Shown one piece after another: positions 8,401 through 15,606 of a stretch of 39,924 nt of DNA. Under the pieces are notes generated by a model. The model was not told the DNA's origin and searched no databases. It saw only the letters and a list, made by a program, of their open reading frames with translations. The DNA is taken from positions 1 to 39,924 of IMG/VR virus record IMGVR_UViG_3300010398_000018; one strand, given 5' to 3'. The position numbers were made by a program, and so were the translations under genes. Within the stretch, counting starts at the first letter, position 1; every line of letters starts with the position of its first letter. Source of the stretch: a virus. Lineage: Duplodnaviria; Caudoviricetes.

Positions 8401-8645
8401 CCCCGTTTTTGCTCTTATACGCCCCTATACGCTTGCCTGTGCTCCCAGTAAAGACTAGTTGACTTAATGCATAACCAGTTGAAACAACAACTAGTTAGAT
8501 GTCTAAAGCCTCAAAAAATGGGTCATCATAGCAGAGAGAAAAGCCGATAGCACCTAGACCCATTTACGCTCCAAATCCGGGCAAGTCACTTTCCAGAAAA
8601 ATGGCTAAAATTGACCATTTTTTAGCCCTGCTTTACCCTGCAGGA

Positions 8646-9050
8646 ATGAAAAAGCTTTTCACGGTTGAAACTGCCCGGGCTGCTGGCTTGAAATCCGTTA
8701 GAGTCAGAGCAGAACGCAAAGCAGCCCTTGCCCTTGCCCCGTTCAATTCCCCAGTTCAAACGGAAGCCCAGCCTGACTTATTTGCTGTCACCCTCGCACA
8801 GGCCTGCAATGAGACTTTAGAAAGGCTAAGACTCTCCAAGGTGCCCTTGGAGCGTGCACAGCTTGCCCGGGCACTGCGTGACCTTAGAGAGACTTGGCAC
8901 CTTGCTACAGGCAAGCCAAAGCCCGGGCAGTTAAAGCCTGCAGAGCAGAGGCTTACACGTAGGGAAATTCCCCGGGTTTTGTACCCAGTATGTAACGGTG
9001 AAACCCCTTTGACCATAAAGCCTTTAGACTCAGAGGCTTGCAAGGGCTAG
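8646..9050 (+). CDS. Putative terminase small subunit / DNA-binding protein
   Basis: N-terminal FTVETARAAGLKS basic motif and helical body; first gene of the rightward unit, followed by a sharp composition change. Function is inferred. Confidence 0.4.
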   Translation: MKKLFTVETARAAGLKSVRVRAERKAALALAPFNSPVQTEAQPDLFAVTLAQACNETLERLRLSKVPLERAQLARALRDLRETWHLATGKPKPGQLKPAEQRLTRREIPRVLYPVCNGETPLTIKPLDSEACKG

Positions 9051-9563
9051 TCATCTCATAACGTATTAGACGGACAGTGCCCTATGGTATCTAAAAGCAT
9101 GCTTTGCAAGGGGTTACGCGAGCAGGGAACCTGCCCGGGCACCCCTTTCGCCCGGGGTGTCGCTCGCGCACACCAGCCCGTGGGAAAATGTGGGTATAGG
9201 AAGGTTTGAGGCATGAGGAGAGGCAAGGTAAAGAGTGAGACGGTGGGGGTGCATCGAGGGAAGGGTGAGGGGTGGCAGGTGATGGTGCCGGGGTGGATGA
9301 TAGACGGGAAGTATTTGGTGGATCGTGGGCCGATTTGTGGTGAGTTTGAGGTAAAGGGTGGGTGGGTGGTGAAGTGTGATTGGGTATTGAGGGAGAGGAT
9401 TGGGAGTTGGTTGATATTTGGGAGGAGGGTTGCTCCGGGTTGTTTCTTGGATTGACTGGTAGTTTTGATTGTCAAGACTGGACTTTGGGGTAGGTAGGTG
9501 AACTGCTACTTGGGTATTACTGAGTAGCAGTTAGTGTGATGCAAGGGAAAGGCATTTAGTAAA

Positions 9564-9755
9564 GTGAAATGGATAACGATAGTGGTGGGTTGCTTGGCGT
9601 GGCTCATCCTGATTGCGAACGGGATTTTACTTGTTCGTTTGAGGAGGCAATTGAGGGAGGGGTGGAAGAGGCTGGAGGAGATTGAGGCGACCAAGGCAGC
9701 GTGTGAAGGGTTGAAGGTGGAGATGCAGAAGACTCTGGAGGCAATGCGGCAGTGA
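9564..9755 (+). CDS. Membrane-anchored coiled-coil small protein
   Basis: N-terminal TM segment followed by a coiled coil. Confidence 0.6.
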   Translation: MKWITIVVGCLAWLILIANGILLVRLRRQLREGWKRLEEIEATKAACEGLKVEMQKTLEAMRQ

Positions 9756-10069
9756 TCTGGCTGGCACAATTATTATGTCCGGCGAGGCACTGTATGGTGG
9801 GGGCACCGTTTGACCGGGAGTATGCGCCCTCCGACGAGCAGTTATGGGAGTGGACCAAGCCCTTGTTTGAGGAGATGGGAGTGAGGTATCGGTGTGGGAT
9901 TTGTGGATCTACGAGTCTGCACTGGGAGGTAGGGGCGATGCCGGGGTTGACGATGGGGGAGGCGATGAAGCAATTGAAAGAGGAGGAGCTAAAGCAGATG
10001 GTGACGCGCATTTGGCTGGACCTTCAGGGAACCACACACGACATCAAAGAGCAGAGGAGGAGGAATTGA
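9752..10069 (+). CDS. Hypothetical Zn-binding protein
   Basis: LCPARHC...CGICGS. Confidence 0.65.
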   Translation: MIWLAQLLCPARHCMVGAPFDREYAPSDEQLWEWTKPLFEEMGVRYRCGICGSTSLHWEVGAMPGLTMGEAMKQLKEEELKQMVTRIWLDLQGTTHDIKEQRRRN

Positions 10070-10071
10070 GC

Positions 10072-10347
10072 ATGCACATGCCAGTGACCTATGTGTCGCA
10101 GATTGTCGCCATGGCTGGGAATGGCCGGGAGTGGGTGAAGGACCATCCCGGGGTGGATGTGAAGGTGCAGTTTAATTTTACCAGCCGAGTGTTTTTGATT
10201 CAGCCGATCAGTGAGGCGGTAAAGATGCGGATGGTCAGTTGCAATCAGGCGGGAGAGGAATTGTTGCAAGCGATGTGGTCATGGGAGGCAGTGGATGAGC
10301 CGACAGTGATGATGTGCAAGATGGCATTGGAGGCGATGGGAATATAA
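10072..10347 (+). CDS. Hypothetical protein
   Basis: Start reassigned to MHMPVTY after a GAGGAGGAGG SD. Confidence 0.6.
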   Translation: MHMPVTYVSQIVAMAGNGREWVKDHPGVDVKVQFNFTSRVFLIQPISEAVKMRMVSCNQAGEELLQAMWSWEAVDEPTVMMCKMALEAMGI

Positions 10348-10351
10348 TCTT

Positions 10352-10582
10352 ATGGACGCTTATTTGTGCATTGTGAAATGGCCGGACGGGACCGAGGGGT
10401 TGCTTTTTCCCAGACCGGGGAACGTGCCGATTGCTGACACGCTGGGCAAGGGGATGAGTGACTTTGCCGTGGCGAAGGCGCATCTGCAGGAGTATGTCAA
10501 CGGCAAGCCCGACTTTCATGGAACCCAGGTTCGGCTGGTGATGTTTGGTGAAGTAGAGACGTTAACCCAGTTTGTGGCATGA
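10352..10582 (+). CDS. Hypothetical protein
   Basis: Tightly packed operon ORF. Confidence 0.6.
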   Translation: MDAYLCIVKWPDGTEGLLFPRPGNVPIADTLGKGMSDFAVAKAHLQEYVNGKPDFHGTQVRLVMFGEVETLTQFVA

Positions 10583-10767
10583 ACATTGATGAATTTGAAA
10601 TCGCCTTGCATAAGCTGATTAGTTTGGCGATCAAGGATACCACCTGCACCGGGGAATACATGGCGATTCTTGGGGCACTGAGCAATGCACAGTACAAGAT
10701 GAATGCGGCATTTGAAGCCGGGACCATGGAGGCTGCTCACAAGATCATAGCAAGGAAAAGAACATGA
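10579..10767 (+). CDS. Hypothetical protein
   Basis: ATGA overlaps on both sides. Confidence 0.6.
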   Translation: MNIDEFEIALHKLISLAIKDTTCTGEYMAILGALSNAQYKMNAAFEAGTMEAAHKIIARKRT

Positions 10768-11063
10768 TTGAAGGATTGCAGGTAACTCTAGGGGCAGAGG
10801 AGTTGAAGGTGCTCTGCCGGAAACAAGCGGAGGCGCATGCTGCCCGGGCCAAGCAGTATGAGGAGAGTCTGTCGACCTTGGAGTCGCTGGATTCGCCGCA
10901 TAAGAGCAGCAGGCCGGGAGATGAAGCCAAGGAGACGATTGCCCGTCACCTGCATCAGGCAGCGGAACTGGAATTTATTGCTGACCATTTGGACGCCAAG
11001 GAAACGTATCTGTTGAGCGACTCGGATTTGCGAAAGTTAGGAGTCGCTTACCGTGGATACTAA
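10764..11063 (+). CDS. Hypothetical protein
   Basis: Coupled ORF, helical. Confidence 0.7.
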   Translation: MIEGLQVTLGAEELKVLCRKQAEAHAARAKQYEESLSTLESLDSPHKSSRPGDEAKETIARHLHQAAELEFIADHLDAKETYLLSDSDLRKLGVAYRGY

Positions 11064-11358
11064 TGAACTGATTGACCGGATCACCAAGGAATGGGCCAAC
11101 CGTGGGCTGGTGATCGAAGGTGGGTGGCAGGCTTTCCGGCTGACAGCCATTCCCAAGAACGCGCACGAGATTCAGCTACGGGAAATGAAGGTGGCTTACT
11201 ACGCTGGGTGCCAGCATCTGTTTGCCTGCATGATGTCAACGCTGGATGAACAGGAGGAGCCGACCCCGGAGGATTTGAGGCGCGTGGAATTAATCCACAA
11301 GGAATTGGATCGGTGGGTCAATGAATTGAAGAGAGCAAGAGAGGCGAAGGGCAACTAG
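11053..11358 (+). CDS. Hypothetical conserved phage protein
   Basis: IP..A..IQ.REMK.AYYAG motif typical of small phage proteins. Confidence 0.7.
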   Translation: MDTNELIDRITKEWANRGLVIEGGWQAFRLTAIPKNAHEIQLREMKVAYYAGCQHLFACMMSTLDEQEEPTPEDLRRVELIHKELDRWVNELKRAREAKGN

Positions 11359-11822
11359 TGAGCAAGGCACACCAATTGATTAAGCGCATGAGGCATAAGC
11401 TGGCGTGGAACCGCCGGGACTCCACTGCGGTGCGCCTGATGCGATTCAGTTGGAATGGGAACCAGAAGTGGTTCTTCAACTGGGCATGTGACGAGTGGAG
11501 GGATTCGTGGGCACAGCAGGATGAACACATCGAGACGAAGGTATCCCTGCTCACGCTGATGGCTGTGCCTGTCTCCTGCCGCCGAGTGGTGGAGCACTTT
11601 GGCGTGATGAAGATTATTGGCTTTTTGAAACCGACCCTGTTGGACAAGCGCAACGACTATGAACTGTATCAGTTCCCGTTGGGGATGGTGTTCCTCAAGA
11701 TGAAGAATCCCTCGACCAAGGAACTGCATTTGGAAGCAGTAGACCCCAGCCGAGTGGAAGTGCGTGAGGCACTCTACTGGCGAAATCTTGGATGGTTCGT
11801 AACTGCAGACAGACTAACATAG
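11358..11822 (+). CDS. DUF6745-like protein
   Basis: C-terminal FLKMKNPST.ELH.EAVDP....V.EAL.WR signature, recalled from this family. Confidence 0.6.
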   Translation: MSKAHQLIKRMRHKLAWNRRDSTAVRLMRFSWNGNQKWFFNWACDEWRDSWAQQDEHIETKVSLLTLMAVPVSCRRVVEHFGVMKIIGFLKPTLLDKRNDYELYQFPLGMVFLKMKNPSTKELHLEAVDPSRVEVREALYWRNLGWFVTADRLT

Positions 11823-11847
11823 AAACAAAGAAAGGTAAGAAACCAAA

Positions 11848-12162
11848 ATGAAACAGTTGAACATTCAACAGGGGGACGTTCTTTTGCGTCCCGTAAACGT
11901 ACTCTCGACTCAGGGGTATCCCCGGGTGACCGGGAGGCTGGTGATCCATCAGGGTGAACACGGGGGTCACGCTCATGTGATCGAGGATGACGAGGCGGAA
12001 CTGGTGATGATTGGACACCGGATGCTGCTCAATCTGGGCAAGGCGGCAACCATGGTCCACGAGGAGCACAAGTCGGTGGAGGTTCCGGCTGGCACCTACG
12101 ATGTGGGTCAGGTGCAGGCGCAGGACTACGCTGCCCAGACCAAAAGCGTGGTGGAAGATTAG
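11848..12162 (+). CDS. Conserved QGDV/His-rich beta protein (usual partner of DUF6745-like genes)
   Basis: QQGDVLLRPV...GEHGGHAH...VHEEH..V.VPAGTY.V..Q.Y. Confidence 0.75.
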   Translation: MKQLNIQQGDVLLRPVNVLSTQGYPRVTGRLVIHQGEHGGHAHVIEDDEAELVMIGHRMLLNLGKAATMVHEEHKSVEVPAGTYDVGQVQAQDYAAQTKSVVED

Positions 12163-12213
12163 TATGATGTCATCATATTTCGGGGTTGACAGTCTGTTGA
12201 GTCTCGCTAGCCT
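12163..12213 (+). promoter_or_regulatory. Operator copy 2 plus sigma70-like promoter
   Basis: TATGATGTCATCATA (12163-12177), then TTGACA (12186)-N16-TAGCCT (12208). Confidence 0.7.
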
Positions 12214-12217
12214 GCGA

Positions 12218-12895
12218 GAATGGCTTGCAATAGTGGTAAACAATTTGGCGACTTCGGTGCCAATCGAACGTCGTCATCACTGAGCAAGCCGTTCAGTTTC
12301 CCAGCCTCGCAAGAGGCTGGGATGATTTCCTGCGGGTCGAAGAGAATGGGTTACCATGCGAAACGGAACATCCCATCTCGAACCTTATCTGCAGGAGTTT
12401 GTTTCCGGTGCCGTGGCAAGGATGGTAAAGCAACAGAATTGCGCAAAGTTCCTGCGGCACCGGTGTCTTTGCACCCATCCGATACTATCCACCATGGGCT
12501 AGGTATCTCCCATGGCAGGATGGGTGCAATTGGTATTTCACCTGCCCCTCTCTTAACAACACGTTTGTTGTTTCTACTTGCATACGGGGGCAGGTGTTCA
12601 TCCCCCCGGCAGTGTCTGACCCCCTTCGTGCCGTGCACAGTGCACGACCAGCACTGCCGGACCTTTTTCCCAGCCGATTTCCTCTCTTTGGAAAGTGCTG
12701 GCAGTTGTATGCCCTTGAACTGTGGAAAACCAAGGCTTGCCAGCAGTCAGGCGTGAGAGACTGCAAAACGCGCCAGTCATGGGATTGGAGCAATCAGTTG
12801 GGCGCGTGGTAGAGAAATTCAACTGAGGGTTCCCCTCTCGTCGCAGTCCCTGCCGTTGTTGCTCCGCAGGGGGAGGGGGGTTATGCAGGGGTCAG
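12218..12895 (+). ncRNA. Candidate large structured non-coding RNA (about 9-10 consecutive hairpins)
   Basis: Successive stems at 12218-12294, 12299-12322, 12328-12396, 12405-12463, 12469-12529, 12539-12596, 12606-12660, 12696-12745 and 12768-12807. G-U wobbles read on the + strand, with cUUCGg and GCAA loops. Begins at the predicted +1. Confidence 0.7.
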
Positions 12896-12903
12896 GAAGA
12901 CAG

Positions 12904-13257
12904 ATGATGAAGTGGTCATTAATTTTTCTTTTGTTTTGTAGTGGCTGTATCACCACCCAGTCAGGGCCAGGTCCGGTCCCTCTGCCCACGGGTTTGCCTC
13001 CTTCGCTGCACCTGCCACTGACTCCTCATCCACGAGTGGCAACTATTAATCCGAGAGAAATTAATACCAGATTGATAGTTCATGATTTGAGGTTTGAGTA
13101 TCCCAGCAATGAGTGTGTCATTCGCTGGACTCTGCAGAGCAGCACTAACCTGATGGACTGGGTGGATCTGCAACCGTATGGGATTGGGTGCCCGACCAAT
13201 TTCACCACGGTCACCAACACGGGCAACTGTTTCTATCGACTCAAAGGTTCACTATGA
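12904..13257 (+). CDS. Lipoprotein with Verrucomicrobia-type C-terminal motif
   Basis: MMKWSLIFLLFCSG-C signal/lipobox; C-terminal WTLQSSTNLMDW...NCFYRLK. Confidence 0.7.
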   Translation: MMKWSLIFLLFCSGCITTQSGPGPVPLPTGLPPSLHLPLTPHPRVATINPREINTRLIVHDLRFEYPSNECVIRWTLQSSTNLMDWVDLQPYGIGCPTNFTTVTNTGNCFYRLKGSL

Positions 13258-13769
13258 AGTGGGAAGATGTTTGTGTTGGCAATCCACAGGAAGGTTCTCA
13301 AGGTTGGCCTGTGGTGTTGACTCCGATGGAGGTTTGGTTAGGTGTGATAATTGGTGTGCGTCAGCGCATCACCTCTCTGTGCAACGGGTATAAGGACCGT
13401 CACGGGTTGGATCAGAAAAAGGTATTCGATGCGTGGATGCATAATTTCACTGGAGCATTTGGGGAGATTGCTTTCTGCAAGACAATGGGACTGCCGTGGA
13501 ACTGTGGACCGACTCGTCGTCAGAGCAAGAAGGTGCCCGATGTGCCGCCGAACTGGCAGGTGCGTTGTCGTTCACAGCACAATTGGGATTTGCTGGTCAG
13601 GGAAGATGACCGGGACCAATTCAAATTTGCACTCATCACTGGACTGGTGCCGAATTTCTTTTACCACGGTTGGATGTGGGGAGGAGCCTGCAAACGTCCA
13701 GAATGGAAGCACCCTTACGGCAACCGGGAAGAGGCTTACTTTGTTCCACAAGGGGAACTGACGATTTAA
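13254..13769 (+). CDS. Hypothetical phage protein, possible restriction-endonuclease-like fold
   Basis: GAFGEIAFCK...PDV...QVR..LLVREDD pattern; the catalytic E/K positions are non-canonical. Confidence 0.6.
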   Translation: MKWEDVCVGNPQEGSQGWPVVLTPMEVWLGVIIGVRQRITSLCNGYKDRHGLDQKKVFDAWMHNFTGAFGEIAFCKTMGLPWNCGPTRRQSKKVPDVPPNWQVRCRSQHNWDLLVREDDRDQFKFALITGLVPNFFYHGWMWGGACKRPEWKHPYGNREEAYFVPQGELTI

Positions 13770-15511
13770 AAATCATCAAGCTCTTCAGGACCATAATGCA
13801 CGTTGGCGAAAACCTCTTGGCACTGAGTGACCATGTCTTCAAAGTCCTGATACCGGGAAACGGTTTCGCCCTGCGGGATCAAACGCAGTCCCCGGAGGCG
13901 AGCCATCTCGCAGACCAGTACTCCACTGTCGGCAAAGTCAGGACTGCGGCGAAACTTTTTGCGATAATCTTTTTTGCTCTGCAGTTTTATGCGGCGGGAA
14001 GAATCGTCAAATTCAAGGGTGCACAATTCGACGGCAGTCTCCCGGTCAATGCCCCGAAGCTGTCCGTGGTTGAGCATGTCCCGGGCACGGAAATACATTT
14101 CGACCCGTTTGTTCTCGAACACCTCGCAGGCCGGACGAATATCCTCCAATGACGCCGCATCTTCAGAAGCAGCCGCAGAAAACATCACCCGTTGAATCCT
14201 TGCTGAGACGGTCCTTTGCAGGATATCTGCGAACCCTGCGCCTTCGCCTGTGGCATCGACTGCGAGGTTTTCAAAGGGACAGTGGTAGTCAATGTTGCGA
14301 TGGACAAAATGCTCACAGTGGAGGCGCACCTGTTCCGACAATTGGAAATCTATCGGCACCGTCGATGCCGCCGATACCGAAAGAACTATTGGTCCCATCC
14401 ATTCCACAGCCAGCTTCCCATCAGGGAGCAAACCCAGCTTGGCAAACCGGAGCGTCGGTCTGTCCCCCCCGTTGCGAGCATGATCAAAACCGCCGAGGAT
14501 TTGAAATGCCTCCCCACTGAATTCAAATGAAGAGAAACCGTTCTGCGAAGCAATTGCCGACTCCGAAAAAACTGTCTTACAAATTCCTTCTGGGGGAGGA
14601 AATCCACGAAAGTTTGACCACCATAATGGGGTCTGCCCTCCAGCAGCTTGCTTTCGTGCTTCGACGGTATGAGGAAGAGGCAGGTGTCGTGAGACAATTC
14701 GACCCTCTGTTATGTTCGGAGATTTCTCAGCGTCGAAACGGATCACAAGTGGAATTGCTCCTCCGTATTCGTGTTGAGGCTTGCCTTCCCATTCCTCGTC
14801 ATCAACCGTCACCGAGGTCCACCCCTCCAGTGGCTCGATGAATTTGGAAAACTGATCGAGTCGATTGCGTGGGTTACCCATCACGACCATCAGGAATTCT
14901 TCCGGGTAGGAAAATAAATTCGAGCAGGCATCGAAGATGGCTTCCGGCACACTGGTTGCCTCATCGATGATCACCATTTGTCGGCGTGTGTGAATGCCCT
15001 TGATGTCGTCAGCCACCTTGGTGATGGAACCTTCCTCGACTGCCTTGCCGAAGATGGCGTGGCGAGCGTCCCCATAAACGCAATTCCAGATCATGCGCGA
15101 GTCGGTGAAGGTGCCTCGCAGTTCTTCCGGCGCATTGGCAAAGCAGCGTGAGATTTCAGCCCATGCCCGTTTGCGAAGCGACTCCTTGGAGGTGGAAACC
15201 AGAATGACCGACGACTCGGTGGGGTCGCACAGCCACCAGATGGCAGCGAAATTGGAGACGTTGTAGGTCTTGGCACTTCCAGCGCAGCCGGGGATCCCAA
15301 TCAAGGTCCGGTTGCAAACGGCATAGAGAAGTCGGTTGGTCCACTCGTGATACTCAAAGTGCCCGGGGAGGATGGATTCAGCCACCCGTTTGAAAAGGTC
15401 CACCCTCGGTGGCACCCCGGCATCCGGCGGCAGGCGCATGGAAAAGGCACGTTGATCATACTCGTGCTGCTCAAAGCCGGGAGGAAGACCGTAGCTGTTA
15501 ACGTGTTCCAC
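13766..15511 (-). CDS. terL: Terminase large subunit
   Basis: Walker A variant GCAGSAKT, Walker B VIIDEA, motif III MGNP, nuclease GFDHARNGGD, AVDATG, and C-terminal SPDFADS. Confidence 0.9.
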   Translation of the reverse strand: MEHVNSYGLPPGFEQHEYDQRAFSMRLPPDAGVPPRVDLFKRVAESILPGHFEYHEWTNRLLYAVCNRTLIGIPGCAGSAKTYNVSNFAAIWWLCDPTESSVILVSTSKESLRKRAWAEISRCFANAPEELRGTFTDSRMIWNCVYGDARHAIFGKAVEEGSITKVADDIKGIHTRRQMVIIDEATSVPEAIFDACSNLFSYPEEFLMVVMGNPRNRLDQFSKFIEPLEGWTSVTVDDEEWEGKPQHEYGGAIPLVIRFDAEKSPNITEGRIVSRHLPLPHTVEARKQAAGGQTPLWWSNFRGFPPPEGICKTVFSESAIASQNGFSSFEFSGEAFQILGGFDHARNGGDRPTLRFAKLGLLPDGKLAVEWMGPIVLSVSAASTVPIDFQLSEQVRLHCEHFVHRNIDYHCPFENLAVDATGEGAGFADILQRTVSARIQRVMFSAAASEDAASLEDIRPACEVFENKRVEMYFRARDMLNHGQLRGIDRETAVELCTLEFDDSSRRIKLQSKKDYRKKFRRSPDFADSGVLVCEMARLRGLRLIPQGETVSRYQDFEDMVTQCQEVFANVHYGPEELDDF

Positions 15512-15525
15512 GTGGAACCTCTTGA

Positions 15526-15579
15526 TATGATAACATCACACTTTTCTCATTGACGATATCGGGCATTCGGGTGTAGAGG
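15526..15579 (+). promoter_or_regulatory. Operator copy 3 in the divergent terL / tail-fibre intergenic region, with possible promoter
   Basis: TATGATAACATCACA (15526-15540); TTGACG (15550)-N18-TAGAGG. Confidence 0.6.
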
Positions 15580-15606
15580 CAAGCTTGAAGGCTTTAACGA
15601 AAAAGT

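Noticed and set aside
9213-9455. 80-aa ORF (and antisense 9056..9475) as real genes
   Set aside because: Probably by-products of extreme G/T strand bias; G/V/W-rich with no motif. Not fully excluded.
12220-12822. ORFs 12220..12756, 12351..12638, 12485..12793 and others as proteins
   Set aside because: Atypical composition, no recognisable motifs, no coupling to neighbours; the region is better explained by RNA structure.
12218-12895. CRISPR or other direct-repeat array, or tRNA cluster
   Set aside because: The hairpins share size but not sequence; no direct repeats and no T-loop/CCA cloverleaves were seen.
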